64,000 bases of DNA from Phoronis australis (taxonomy: Eukaryota; Animalia; Phoronida). The notes beneath the pieces were generated by a model. The model saw nothing but the letters and a program-made list of their open reading frames with translations, ran no database searches and was not told the DNA's origin. A program made the translations under genes and the position numbers. The stretch covers positions 12,449-76,448 of the forward strand of contig NMRA01000845.1 in the NCBI GenBank assembly GCA_002633005.1, in the 5' to 3' direction. Shown piece after piece: positions 12,614 through 26,261 of the stretch (its first letter is position 1; every line of letters begins with the position of its first letter).

Positions 12614-13000
12614 TACTGAATAAGACTGAAAGGTTGATTTTCTTATTTTGCGTGCACCACTTGTCGTCGTGGTATCACTTATCCCTTTATTCTCTCTCAT
12701 CTCTTAACAAGAGATGCTGCGTGCATGTATACCTAATCCGTGAAAGGTACTTTACTAATAACGAGATATGTAACCAACTAACTCAACAAGGGATGTCGCG
12801 TATACCTTAACCCGTTAAAAGTACTCAAGAAATAAGGAGATTTTGTAACCACCTGTGATGGAAAAGAAACCTTTTTATGTTTAACAGGGTATTAATAATA
12901 AAGTGCATTCCAATACACTGAAGAAACATCAAGGCTTTGAGACACCATAATCCGTACAAGTGGCAATTTCATCAAATGAAATTAAATGAATTAAATGTTC
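12614..13000. repeat. Copy 2 of the duplicated ~380-bp block
   Basis: Diverged direct copy of 7697-8075. Confidence 0.85.
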
Positions 13001-13799
13001 AAAGTCCATTGGTGTCACCGTTGTCGTGGTTTGGGATACAAGTAGCTGAATGCACAGGATTACATGAGAAGTTATGTGCTCGTTTTTAATTCTTTCCAGC
13101 TCACTGACGTCTTCCGGTTACTTACATGACCTTGATTTTTGATCGTGGTCTCCCTCTCACACCTCCAATCAAACCTATTACGTGATGAATTGTGACGTCT
13201 TTGTCACTTCTTTGTGGTATGCATATGATGTCCCTTATGGTTGCACCAATCACACATGACTTTTGATATTTAACTTTGGGTCTATGACGTTTGACCGAGG
13301 TCCCTCTCTAACAGGGCGCCTAAACCACTTACTATACTACTCCCCTCCAGTTTGACTAAAGCACAACACGAGAAAAAATTCATAGCGGAGGGTGGGGTAG
13401 CTCAATAGTCGTTTTCATGTGACATAAAATGGGTTGATATCCAGTTTATAAAAGCAAGTCGCCTCATCAAATCTCGCTATGACGTCATACTAAATATAGA
13501 AAAAATCACAAACGAGGCATAGACATTATGTATGAGCTAAATACTTGATAAAAGGAAAAAATAAATTTACTGAAGATGTCGTAGTTCATTTACGTCAAGC
13601 ATATTTTCCATTCTCAACAACAACATAATCGCCATCTTACGAAATGCAGTGCGGCAAATTTGGTTCTGAAATTGGCGCGCTTTTGAGGGAAAATTGAGTT
13701 TTTATGTGATGCTAAAATAGCTGCAAAACTTAAGAGGTGACAAGCACCAGTGCGCTCAAGAGATGCAATATTTATCAACTTTGTATGACTTTATTCATT

Positions 13800-13990
13800 T
13801 GGAACACGCCTGGTATCTTCGTAACATTTAATTTCTCCTCCTATCTAAGTGAATGTTATTTGCGCATGTGCGAGAAGTCTCGTGACTGTCAAATTGGAGA
13901 ATGAATTTCTGCATGACTGAAGTTCGCACGTGTGCAAACGATAGGTTCACCTTATAGGGGAAAATATGAAAATACCTACGGTGTTCCGAG
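13800..13990. mobile_element. Small palindromic MITE-like element
   Basis: tggaacac...tttgcgcatgtgcgag pairs with ttcgcacgtgtgcaaa...gtgttccg. Confidence 0.5.
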
Positions 13991-16245
13991 TAGACGTCAT
14001 CGTGTATATAAATACATGTAGGTTATCCTACATTCATAGCAATACTACTGCCGTATCCTATCTCAAATTCATTTCACCTGGGAATGTCCCAAGGAGACCA
14101 AATATCCCATAAACTTGGACTTTTTTGCATCTTCGTTGCAAAACCTTGTTGTCGTGTGCTCCGGCTTGTATGATGTCATGTGTATGCCAATTACGGTACC
14201 CAAGCCGGTTTAGCGAAAATAATATCTGTTAAACTTTAAATAACCAGGAATGAACTATTTCCTAATAAGCTGATTAGATTTTTCAGTTTGTGCAATATAC
14301 AAGTTTAGGCACTGAACCATTCAAAAATAACAAAAGTTTGTTGGAAACTTAGAAACAATCCATCCGGGAATATAAAAGTTGAAACACTCCCTGAACAGTT
14401 GTGCACCAGTGTGTCTTTTTGCTGTAGCTTCGGTGAATTTCTCAGTTTTCTTTGCCTATTTTCGTGGCTTAGCGTTTGGACTGTAAATACTAATAGACGC
14501 ATTTCCCTGCGTTGATCACAGCATTGGAAAATAACGGTGGAAACTGTGCTGATTTGCTGAACTTAAGGTAAGGATTGTATCGCAAAAAGCGGATTTTACG
14601 CTACGACCGGAAGCAAAAGAGTTGAACGCTGCGATCAGACAATTGTCTCAGTAAAAAACACATACTCTGTACAAGGTCTCAATTTCCTGCAAAACATTTA
14701 GCTCTCAGTGTACATACATGTATATTGTGTGTATATTTAACGAAACGTTTTCGTTGGATTTGAATTAGTTTTTTGGTTGGGGACGCTATTTATGTTGACC
14801 TATTTATGATGTCCCAGATTGAAACTTCACCCAAAAATAACTGCCTGATCCAAGTCGAAATTTTCATTTATAAATCTTTTCGGGTTTTAGAGCAGTGAAA
14901 CTAATTTTTAAGCAACTACACCTTGGATTAATGACCAAGGTAACCCAAACGAACAAGCTCATTCAAATTTGACGCTGTACTCGCGAATTTACTCCACCAG
15001 GAGACTTCTCACCATCTGTGAAATACGGCTTCTACCGTTGTACACGGATTGGCTCTACTTTCCCGTATTTCACAGATAATAATGTGAATTTATCCCATAT
15101 GTGTGATAATACGCGTGCTGGATACGTCACGTTATCAAATATGAAAAACGGGAAAGTAGAGCAAATCCATATACCACGGTAGAAGCCGTTATCAGCGGTA
15201 GAAGCCGTATTTCACAGTTGGTGAACAGTCTCCGGGTGGAGTAAATTTGCTAGTGCAACGTCAAATTTGATTACGCTCCTTGATCCAAGGCGCCGTTCCT
15301 GAAAAACCAGCTTTACTGCTCTCAAAACAAAAAAAAACCTACCCGCGAAATGTCCGGCGCACGGTGACCCGGCGGCTATTTTTTGGGCTTTGCTGAAGTT
15401 TCAATCTGTGTCATCATAAATAGGCCAAGCTAAGCAGCTTCCCAAGCAAACAAAATCAGCCAAAAATCTAACTCAAATCCAACGAAAACGCTTTGTTATG
15501 GATGCCTACAGTATATTTACACTACGAGCCAATATCTTTACAGGAAATTAAGACCAAAATATAATGTAGATTATTACATGGCGAAGTCGTTATCCCCCGA
15601 TATCTAGAGCCCGAGTGGATTTTGGAGAATTATTGCCCGAGAGGCGTTAGCCCCGAGGGTGATGATTTTACAAAATCCACGAGGGCTCTAAATAAGGGGG
15701 ATAACGACTGAGAACATGTAATAATCTATTTATACCACATACTGAACGAGAAACATTGCTATGAATCGATCTGCCTTTCTCGACTCGCCTCGGCTTTGTA
15801 ACTACTTTCTATGTCAGAGGCCCGGGGTCGGAGGTCGTAACCTTTCAAGAAAAGCCGAGATATGTTTGTAAAATAATGCTTTTACTCAAAAGCAATTGAA
15901 AAATAAAACAAAATAGAAATAAAGTGAATCTATAAATTAAGGTTTAGCAACTATTAAAGCTTACTACACATTTTATCACGCTAAGCTTCGACCGGGAATA
16001 TATCGCCTGCTAAAGTAGGTTACCAATGGTAACTGACTATAATTCTCAAGTCAAAGGATCCCGACCACACGGCATCTGCATTCAAATTGGAGATCGGTGA
16101 TTTACAAGCGAGAAAACACGAGAGAAAAATTTCACTGAATTAAAATATCGTTTTTATGGAAATTATGCGTCTTAAATTTCATAGCGTATAAATGTCGGTG
16201 CAATGCCCTTTGCTGAACATGCGATTGTTTCGCGTGCTCATTTAA

Positions 16246-17511
16246 AGAGTTCCCACCATCGACCCTGTGTCTCAAAAAGGAATTTTATCATTACGTCTTA
16301 ACAGAATTAATAGCCTTTAGTACACGTGTTGCTACGAAACAATCTAAAAATTTTAAAAATATATTTTTCTGTTATCGAGTTTGTACGCAATGGGTGGAAG
16401 ACCGCCTCAGCCGTTGTTGTTTTACCATTGCGATACTGAGGAGTTGTGAAGAAAGTCCGCGTGGAGCCGTCTTTTTCAGACATGAAAAGGTGCGTTTATG
16501 GAAACTGTGGTAACAACAACTTGACTGTGAACGTCTTAGTTGTTCAAATTTCCTAAATACGTGAAAGTTGCACAAAAGTGGCACCGGTTTGTAGTGGGCG
16601 GAGCACCATAGGGGCCTAGGGTAGGGCTATAGCCCCCCACTTTTTCAGGGCTAAGCCGCCCATGGTCTATAGGCGGTGCAACACAGGAGGGCTGGGGGGG
16701 GGTGGTTAGCCTCCACTTTTTTCAGTGCTGCGCCACCCATGATTGTGGGCCGAACAAGAGTGTGGAGTGTCAGTGTGGAACATGAGATTCAATTTGGCTA
16801 CGCTTTGATCGGCACATTTCAAAGAATTGTGTTTCGACCACACACATAAGCGGCCTTACAATGAAGGACTCACCACCAAGTAAGTGCATTTGCAAATTTT
16901 GTAAATAACGAACAAACTGCTTCCATTCTAGGGCGAGTGATGCCAGGCCCTGGACCCCGGCTTAGATCGAGTGCTACTACAAGTAGGCTTATGCATATTG
17001 TGTTTAGACTGTGCTCATTCCATCACGGCAATAGTGAATACGAGTAACCAAGGTTGGCTGTGGCCTTTGACAGTAATTATTAAGTTCCTATTTTGTGAGT
17101 AGTGAACACCACTTGGTAGAGTTGGTTGTGGCTCACATATGTCATTTCTCGTTCGAAAGTTTGTTAAATGGGAAATCGAATTCATTGTCTGATTCTTCAA
17201 GTACTTGAGTATAAGTGCCCGTATCCACTCTCCTCTGTGTCTGCATAATAATTGTTCAATTCTCGCGTAATATTGTCATTGTCTTCTGACCTGCAGCGTT
17301 CCAACATTGAAAATGATTGTCAAGCGGCCAACCGTCTTCCACCCATTGCATCATTTGGCGGGAAACTTAGAAATAAGTAATTTTTCTTCAAAATTAAAAA
17401 AATTGCCACTACTTGGCATAAAAAGTGCCTATTTAGCAAGATTTTATGGTATTCGACAAATATTAGCTAACTGAAACCTGAAAAAGTAAGAAAATGCATG
17501 GTGGGAACTCT
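16246..17511 (+). mobile_element. Kolobok-type DNA transposon derivative with THAP remnant
   Basis: TTAA on both sides and perfect 14-bp TIR AGAGTTCCCACCAT. THAP remnant MKRCVYGNCGN...FKFPK...KW...L*SAHF at about 16482-16835. Confidence 0.85.
16591..16741. mobile_element. GC-rich hAT-like MITE inserted in the THAP remnant
   Basis: Interrupts the THAP frame. Its end tcagtgctgcgccacccatg resembles the hAT end at 7671-7691. Confidence 0.55.
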
Positions 17512-18187
17512 TTAATGATTCTATTTTCACGTTTGATGACGTCAGCAGCTGAGCGGTGTAGTGGTAAAATCGGTCCCTCGCAACTGTTGAGGTTTCCCGC
17601 CAAAATGTTATCTCACCAGTGAGATAAATTTATGGGTTATTACACGGTTGTATCTGCCATTCGAGGCTAATGTTGTGGTATAATAACGAGTATGTGTTGC
17701 TTTACTGAAGCAACGTCTGTTCGCAGTGTTCAACGTACTCTCCGTAGCTACCAGCCGTAGCGTAAAATCTTTTTTTTGCGATACAGTCCTTACCTCACGT
17801 TCTGCAAAGCAGCACAGTTTCCACCGTTATTTTCCAATACTGTGATCGACACGGACAAATGTTTCTATTACTATTTACATTCCAAAAGCTAAGACACGAA
17901 AATAGACCAAGAAATCTAACAAATTCATCGAAGCTAAAATGACACACAGCTACACAACTCGCCATTCAGTGAATGTTTCAATTTTTCTGTTCCCAGTTGG
18001 ATTTTTTTCTAGGTTTCCGACAAACTTTTAACATTATTGAATGGTTCAGTGCTTTAACTTGTATATTGCCCAAAATGAAATTGTGGCGACTTTGTTATGA
18101 AATAAAACTTTTCTGAACATTCAACACCTTCACAGACTGTCTAGTCGCTTAACCAGATTGGGTACCGTACTAGGCATACTGTACCTA

Positions 18188-19942
18188 CAGCACACATCAC
18201 GAATTTTTGGCCGACCGGTCGGAAATTGGTCGACGACCGGCCGTCGACCGGTCGTCTAGCCGACCAGCAGCCGACCAACAACGGTCGGCTAGGAGCCGTC
18301 TGCTGAGTCGCCTCTGTGGTCGGCACTTGGATCGGCTAAATGGTCGCCTAGCGTAGACGACCAATTCGGATTAAGCGTGTCCTTGGTCGGCAATTACCAT
18401 TTTATGACTTAGCGGGTGAACTTTGGCCAAACAAACATTGAACAGTTCGCTGTTCGTTCAGCAGCGGCAACTCCGGTCTTGACATCAGTTTATCAACTTA
18501 TGTTCAACTATTGAAAGGTGTTAAAATCGACTCAACCTACAAATATGTGACATTACACCAACATAAATTTTATGTTGAATTACTGACGGCGTGATAAAAT
18601 CAAACGTTAAGTGATACCGCGGAAGCATAATTTCTGTCTCTTAGCATGATACTTTTTATACAGTATATTATGCATAAAAATAAGAAAGAAATTTGAAATT
18701 TTACAGTAAAATTGCCAAATTTCAGAATACAACGCTGGCTGTTTTACGACCTCAAGTGTTATCATGCCGCGGAATGCTTAACACGCAGCACTTATTCGCG
18801 CTCATCTGTTATTGCTCTTGATCATCACTTCATCACGCTGTATAATGCGCTTTACCACAGATAATTTTTGTTTATTTTTGTATAATTTCTTAATATGTCA
18901 GTACAGCATTAGAACAAAAGTTTATTTTAAGAACAACATAAACAATGGTTTTAACANNNNNNNNNNNNNNNNNNNNNNNNNNNNNNNNNNNNNNNNNNNN
19001 NNNNNNNNNNNNNNNNNNNNNNNNNNNNNNNNNNNNNNNNNNNNNNNNNNNNNNNNNNNNNNNNNNNNNNNNNNNNNNNNNNNNNNNNNNNNNNNNNNNN
19101 NNNNNNNNNNNNNNNNNNNNNNNNNNNNNNNNNNNNNNNNNNNNNNNNNNNNNNNNNNNNNNNNNNNNNNNNNNNNNNNNNNNNNNNNNNNNNNNNNNNN
19201 NNNNNNNNNNNNNNNNNNNNNNNNNNNNNNNNNNNNNNNNNNNNNNNNNNNNNNNNNNNNNNNNNNNNNNNNNNNNNNNNNNNNNNNNNNNNNNNNNNNN
19301 NNNNNNNNNNNNNNNNNNNNNNNNNNNNNNNNNNNNNNNNNNNNNNNNNNNNNNNNNNNNNNNNNNNNNNNNNNNNNNNNNNNNNNNNNNNNNNNNNNNN
19401 NNNNNNNNNNNNNNNNNNNNNNNNNNNNNNNNNNNNNNNNNNNNNNNNNNNNNNNNNNNNNNNNNNNNNNNNNNNNNNNNNNNNNNNNNNNNNNNNNNNN
19501 NNNNNNNNNNNNNNNNNNNNNNNNNNNNNNNNNNNNNNNNNNNNNNNNNNNNNNNNAACATAAAGTTTTAGGCTGGTGTAATGTCACGCACTTCGTATTT
19601 GTAGGTTGATTCGATTTTATTTCCTTTCAATAGTTGAACAAAAGTTTATAAACCGATGTCAAGACCTGAGTTGCCAGTGGTGAACGAACAGCGAACAGTA
19701 AAATGTTTGTTTGGCCAAAGTTCACCCGTTAAGTCATAAAATGGTAATTGCCGACCAAGGACACGCTTAATCCGAATTGGTCGTATACGCTAGGCGACCA
19801 CTTAGCCGACTCAAGTGCCGACCACAGAGGCGACTCAGTAGACGGCTCCTAGCCGACCGTTGTTAGTCGGCTGCTGGTCGGCTAGACGACCGGTCGTCGA
19901 CCAATTTCCGACCGGTCGGCCAAAAATTCGTGGTGTGTGCTG
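18188..19942. mobile_element. TA-flanked element with ~390-bp TIRs and CAG...CTG ends (Tc1/mariner-style)
   Basis: ta|cagcacacatcacgaatttttggccgaccgg at the left and ccggtcggccaaaaattcgtggtgtgtgctg|ta at the right. Interior partly in an N gap. Confidence 0.85.
18958..19556. other. Assembly gap (N run)
   Basis: Run of n. Confidence 0.99.
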
Positions 19943-19957
19943 TATATGGGGTAAATA

Positions 19958-20100
19958 GGTTATCCCACATACATAGGAATACTACTGCGATATCCTATCT
20001 CGAGCGCGAGACCGGAGGTCGAGTTGGAACATTCCCATATGAAATGAATTCGAGATAGGATATGGCAGTAGTATTCCTATGTATATGAGATAACCTATAT
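19958..20100. repeat. ~140-bp hairpin, also matching 14020-14090 in inverted orientation
   Basis: ggttatcccacatacataggaatactactgc pairs with gcagtagtattcctatgtatatgagataacc. Confidence 0.75.
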
Positions 20101-21199
20101 GTATACAACATCCATACTTTCACACATAAGGGATAAATAATTATACATTAGCAATGTACGCTAGAACGTCATACGGAAATTGATGATCAGTGTGTCGAAC
20201 CATCTCGGTGTGAAAATACATGTGAGTTTTAAAAGATTAGCAGTCTCTCCCAATAAAACTCACTAGCTCCACAGTAGGTGCCAAGTGCCCTGCCGCTGAC
20301 ACGAATCCCAGGCGCTGAGTAGCAGAGTTATTTAATCGTATTAAAATGGTACATGCAAATACTCTTCGCTTTGATTTCAGCACTTTCGAAATTTCTGGCA
20401 AATAACGGTGAGAATTGACGATTTGTGATAAATTTACCAGAATACAACAGATTTTGTTGTTTTATAGCTCTGGTCCAAGATAATAACTTCAAGGAGTTTA
20501 TCCGATCAAATAGTTGAAGTTTCGACCGTGAAACCGATTTTGTACCCTTAAAGAAAAAATGTGCATTTCAAATGCAAAAAATTGAATGACTCAAAATCTA
20601 GAAAAAAGTATTCTGGGAGTTCCACTTTGGTTTGCTGATTTATAGAAGGCAAAGACCAAAATGGAAATCAATAAATTTTCATAAAACTGAAAGGTAAATT
20701 AAAATTGTGTTAGACCCTAGTATTCACCGATGAAATGTTCACTCTGAACAGGAGCATATCTTTTTTCCGGCAAATAGTACAGGAAAACTACCTCGAACTA
20801 TACTTACCAACAGACGAAGAGAGAGATGCAAGTTTTGCCACAAAACACCATTTCAATCCCAACAGAAACTTCATTTTCTCAGGATACAAGTTTTCCTACA
20901 TGTATCGTCTGCTTCAACGTCTAGATCACAAGCAACGAACGTGATTACTTCGTTCGGCGGTTGTTCGCCTATACATGTTTCAAAACAAATAAAAACTTGT
21001 TACATATTAACAATGGATATTTAACGAACGCCGAACATGTTAAATTTTTAATTGCAACCATCAAAAAAGCAATCGTAAATTCAACAATATTCGTTATTAA
21101 CACGAAGTTCTGTCATATATAAAACATCAAATGTGCCATTATAATTGAATAGCCGCTTTGAAAGCATGTGGCAGAATTGTCAGTGCAAATAGAATCCGC

Positions 21200-21500
21200 T
21201 CAATAATTACAGGCATTGGTGGACACATGGTATTTCGAGATTCAGTCAGACTAACGTATTGTGGACCGTTCGGAAGAAAGTACATGTATCGCTCGTAATT
21301 TCGACCGAACCTTCATTACCCCGAGAACTCGACAAGAGGTCGTAACTCGGAAGGGTTCTATAATCATAAGCTGTGTCAGTTGTTGGCATGGACAAATGCC
21401 TAGGGAGAAGGGATGTGGTTGACCTTACAAAAAACGGGGTACAAGTTTAATTGAAGTTTTACTTGACACCAAATACTCCATTCTAAATGGTAGAATGAAC
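21200..21500 (+). pseudogene. Highly decayed LINE APE-endonuclease remnant
   Basis: Fragments ALVDTW, GRNSEG and LLDTKYSILNGRM. Confidence 0.4.
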
Positions 21501-23633
21501 AAAGCAACTTAACTTGTAAACATTGTTATCTTATTTTAGATAAATGTATTTTTAATCCAGTTGTGTTTTGTAGCAATGATTTGGAATTAGTGCCATGAGA
21601 TCAGATAAATTTCCACTAAGAAAGAGATAAAATCTCAACTTAAATCCCAGGTGCTTTATGAATAATGTGAATTTGGCCAAGCCATTAGATGCAAATTAAT
21701 CGTCCAGCGAACTTGCAGAATGATATTGGCGATTCGTGTGATAAAATAAGCAAACCTATTCACAACGAAATGTCGTTTTTTAAATGCAGTTTGAACTAAA
21801 AATAAAGTGTGTCAGAGGCGTTATCTGAGAAAGCTTGCAAAGTCGCAAAATGTTGTCGAAGGCAATTTCACCAGTTAAGTTTATACTAAGCTCATCAAGT
21901 TGCACTCATGTACACTGCATGGATGAATAAACCATATCTCTTTTTCCTGGGGTCCTTCTGTAAAAAATATAAAGTACCCTCCATTGGGTTTTTTACAAAA
22001 GACAAGAAAGTCAATAATGACAAAAGTATGTAAACAATCATGACTTGTATACTAGTCATTGTTGATAACTGATATACCAATGACGTGGTTTGCAAACGAA
22101 AAGGAGTTAAAGAACTTCATTCTGGAGGGAAAACTAACCTAAGAGAGACCGGGAAACAACTCTAATCAAGTCAAGCACGTGTATTATACTCCAGTAGTAA
22201 ACAACATGTGGAGAAAATCTCACTTAAACTGGTGAACACTCTCATTCCCTAAACCCCAGCCAAGTTTTACATTCCCTATTCAGCACGCCCTTTGTATTGA
22301 TGTAGTTCTGAGCTAATGAAGTGGAAAGGCAATTGCTAGCATCAGTGTTTCAACGATGGTTGTTGTTGTGTCCCCAATTTGGTTTTCTATGACATTTGCA
22401 GAGTTGTAGCCTGTAACTCTGGAGGGTAGTTTTAACTGGTACATTATAAATATTACAAAATAACTAAAAAGGTTAACTTGTGTTTATCTTCACAAAGGGC
22501 CACAATCCCAAAAGAACGATCAGTTTATATTGGTTTTCTTTATTTAATTTTATTGCTTCTGCCCACTTGTTTTTTTTTTCTTACTGGGAACGGGTGGAAC
22601 TTGAAGTAGCAAAACAGTGGTAGGTTTTGATCGCCAGCTAAACTTAATTGATTAAGTTCATTTTGAGCCAATCCCTAAAATTACCACATTGCAGGTACAC
22701 TAAACATTTCACGTGTCATTAAGCTTAAACTTTATTAGAACTCAAATCACAAAACATTTACAAAAGTGCAAATATGGTGATAACTAAACTGAAGGTTTTG
22801 AATCTCTTTGTCAGTAACAAAAATGAAAAGAGGGCACAACAAATGTTTCCTGGTCAAAAATCTGGTTATACGAGATTGAACGAATTGTAAAAAATGAATC
22901 CATGTGACATTGTTAACTCTCATCAACGTTTGTATATCCACTGAGTATTTCAATAGGCGCGGTAGTGTATCTACAATCGTACCCAATGGTTGTAGTTTTA
23001 GATTATTAGTTCATCGATTTTTAAAAATCGAAAACCGTACTTGGTTGTTTTTTTTCAGATGCATGCCGCCGTGGCGTTCGTTTATAACGAAGATTAGTGG
23101 TTAATGCATTTTAAAAATTCGCCATTATGTACATTCAGAGATGTTTAACACAGTTTATGTTCGGATAATAACATTTAATTGAGTCTTGCTCGCATCTGGA
23201 AATGCGGTCATCACAACCGCGCTCTCTTTGATCCTGGTACAAGCCGCTCAGAAGGACAAGCGGTGAAAATCAGTTCCCACATATCTTTATAGATGCGTGA
23301 CTTCCTTGTAAGCGTATAATTCACGGTATGAACCCCGGACTCCCGAAGGTCATGCTTCAGTATAGTGACACAACATAGTCAGTTCTGACCGTGGCGTTAT
23401 TTTGAACTCGGAAAACTACTTGTGTGCGATAAACTATTGCCCTTCTTTATCCGTAGTGTTACAGTGTATTACTCATTTCATCTGTGCTCATGCACACTAG
23501 CTAGCGCCACTTTGTGTGATCTGTTGTTAAATGGGATTACTCTACCTGTTATCTTTATCCGGTAATACAGGAAGGCTTTACAACAAATGGTTTTTCGTCT
23601 TTCTTATCGTTCACAATCCTACTATCCAACACA

Positions 23634-24760
23634 GGCGACGAGGATGGAATTTCGAGTTTTAGATTTGCTGTTCCTTCAGTTTTTTACCATGGCTGGTCTC
23701 ATTGGGCACTGGGGGAGTTTTGGTTTCAAAATCGAACTTTTCTCGCTGTGGCATGCACGTTTCCAAAATTTTGTCGAGGCAAACGATGTGTCGGCTGATA
23801 GACAAATACGATTTTCCTGACAACTGTTGGTGTTGAGCCCTACGGTGTGCTGTCAAAAGCTTGCTTACCGAAGAAACCGGAGGACGTGGAATTATCAGAA
23901 CTAGTTTCAAAACTGCGTAAACGCTGCGAAGCGGGTGCAACTGTGATGACCGAGCGGTATAATCGTTTTTACAAGATGGAACAGACACCGTAGGAGACAA
24001 TTAATGCTTTCATCGTGAGGTTGAAACTGTTGTCTAGATAATGTGAATTCGGCGACTTCGTGGATTAAGTTCTGCTGAACAATCTGGTTTGTGGCTTACG
24101 TTCAGTTCCTATTCAGAAAACGTTGTGGACACACGAAATTAACGTTTCAAAAAGGCATATGAAATGGCCCAGTCTCTGGTCGGGAACTAGCCATGAAACA
24201 TCTACAAGAAGATTAACAGTGCATCAGAGGCGTCTTCAGTTTGTACTTGAAATGTGGCCGTTGTGATGGCTCTTCACACGTCGGACTCTTGTAAACAAAG
24301 TTCTAAATGCATATTTTGCTTTAACTTGAACACCTGAAGAAGAAATGTTTCAAGCCCGATTCGAACACTGGTGATGGTGCACGCGCCGCAGATAAGAAGA
24401 AATCGACCGTCATAACGTCCTTGTCTGTAGATGATCCCGATGAACCATATCTTTTGAAAATTGACATTGTTCATGCCATTATATCTTACTTTAAAATAAA
24501 TATAACTGTTAATGATTATGTTCAAGCAGAATTTTAAATGATACACACACTGATGTTTGAGTTATATTGAAGCAGACTGTTGAGCAGTGGAATTTGAAAC
24601 TGGTTCAAACAAGTAAAAAGGTTTTGGGTATAGTCGTAAACTAATTTCTCTTGTAGGAAAAATGCCGTTGAAAGTTTTGGAGATTAAACTTCACTCGGTT
24701 TGTGAAGTTGTTTCGGACACGGTTCCTCACAATGGAGATCGGTTAGGTAATCTGCTGTCA
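23634..24760 (+). mobile_element. Gypsy LTR retrotransposon A, 5' part (PBS, gag, protease remnants)
   Basis: ggcgacgaggatgg at 23634-23647 is complementary to the tRNA-Ser(GCU) 3' end. Gag remnants MAGLIGHWGSF...FVEANDV, ETINAFIVRLKLLS.*CEFG and LVCGLR, with Cys/His knuckle remnants. Confidence 0.8.
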
Positions 24761-24794
24761 AAACATGACAACTTTTCTGGTTGGGATTATAATG

Positions 24795-26195
24795 ATGTGT
24801 AAATTTACAGCGTTAACACCAAAATTCAACCGTTTGTAACGATGCTGACCCAAATGACTAGAGTAGGCTGTTATGTACTGACTGCCAGGGTGTAACTCAA
24901 CCGGGTAATTGACTTGGTTAAGGTTCAACGTAGAGAAGAACTTACAACCATTCAAATCATGAATAAGTTCATCAACAGTAGGAACAGGATGCTTGGTACG
25001 CTTGATAGCCTGATTGGCAGCACGCATATCATTCTCAGATCTGACGAATTGACTTTGGGTACGGCAATAATTGTGGACAACCAAGGAGTAGGAGCATCAT
25101 GTACCTTTTCACATATGTCCTTGATCGCGGCCTCAACCTTTTCACGAGATGCAAAAGGTACACGACTGTGTTTCTGCTGAGCGGGCTCAACATTTGCGTC
25201 AATGGAGAGTATCAACTGGTAATCACAAAGTTATTATTGAATATCCATTGGTCGATAATGTTAAGAGGAGCCCCACTGTAGTAGAAAAAATTCCATTCAA
25301 CATGTTTTACAGTTATCATAACGACAGGAAGTTTCGCTGACATCGCATTTATTCCCAGTGAGTAACCGCTATCACTTTTAAAACTCTTATTTTCTGCTTG
25401 GGAGGAGATTGCATGAGCAGATGGTTTTGTGCATTAGGTCGAGTAATGACCATATTCATTGTAGCGCCAGCAACCAACAACCGGATATGGGGAATTTTTG
25501 TGCGGATATGGACCACCATCCCGAAAACACTTTTTGTCTCGCGGGGTTTCGATTTGTGCGTCTTACTCCTAGGGCTTCTTCAAAACTGCATGGACGGACT
25601 CAGATTTCTCAGAACGTTCCATGACTGCAACTTGACTTCTCTTCATTTCCATGGCCTGGGCTTCAGACAAAATTTGAGAAAAGTCCCACGAAGCCTTAGA
25701 CAAATGTTTCAATCTGAGACCAGTGGACACACACCCTTGAATGATCTGACTAGTATCGGGAAAATTAAATTGGAGCGACAATTTCTTTAAACGAGTGGCT
25801 AATTCAGCAACATGTTCAACAGCAAGCTGCTTTGTTGAGCGAAAAACATACTTCTCGAACTCGGAGTTGGTTTTGAGAACGAAATAGGACATCAGTTTGG
25901 CCACACCATCAGCATAAGTGTCACTCACATCTTGCACAGTTTAATACATATACGTGTATATTGCGCATGTCTCTTCACCGACATAGTGTAGCAGAAGTGC
26001 TTTCTTATGCTTAGCTACAACAAGTTTGGTATCATCACCAATGTCCATGGCCACTATCACATTAGCCACTTAGACCAGCGATCGGACCACACGAGTGTAA
26101 CTCGGCTACTTCAAAACAAGGAAATTCAGGTACATGTATTGCGGATGCCATCAAACTAATTCTGAAAATAACCACGATCCTTGTCGCCAAGTTCC
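24795..26195 (-). mobile_element. Gypsy LTR retrotransposon B remnant (PBS, gag, RT N-terminus), nested in A
   Basis: PBS-like tggcgacaagga at 26178-26189. Gag EFEKYVFRSTKQ...ATRLKKL and RT DMRAANQAIKRTKHPVPTVDELIHDLNGCKFFS...HRYKRLNFGVN. Confidence 0.9.
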
Positions 26196-26261
26196 ATGTA
26201 TAATGTTATATATACAAACCACACAGGATGATATTCAGATGCTGCAAAGTCATTTGGTTTG

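Larger units (their letters stand above)
15560..17686. mobile_element. Hairpin-ended non-autonomous element (Crypton-like architecture, tentative) inserted in the foldback arm
   Basis: ~155-bp palindrome at 15570-15725 (attattacatg...catgtaataat). ttataccaca at about 15730 is inverted as tgtggtataa at about 17675. It splits an otherwise continuous foldback arm. Confidence 0.6.
14183..18179. mobile_element. Large foldback (palindromic) element with ~900-bp arms centred near 15100; right arm interrupted by nested insertions
   Basis: 14183-14667 is the diverged reverse complement of 17687-18179. 14675-15080 is the reverse complement of about 15130-15555. Confidence 0.85.

Noticed and set aside
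13330-13420. Possible signal-peptide first exon for the kringle gene (minus strand, gtaagt donor)
   Set aside because: No frame gives a convincing signal peptide with a phase-1 end.
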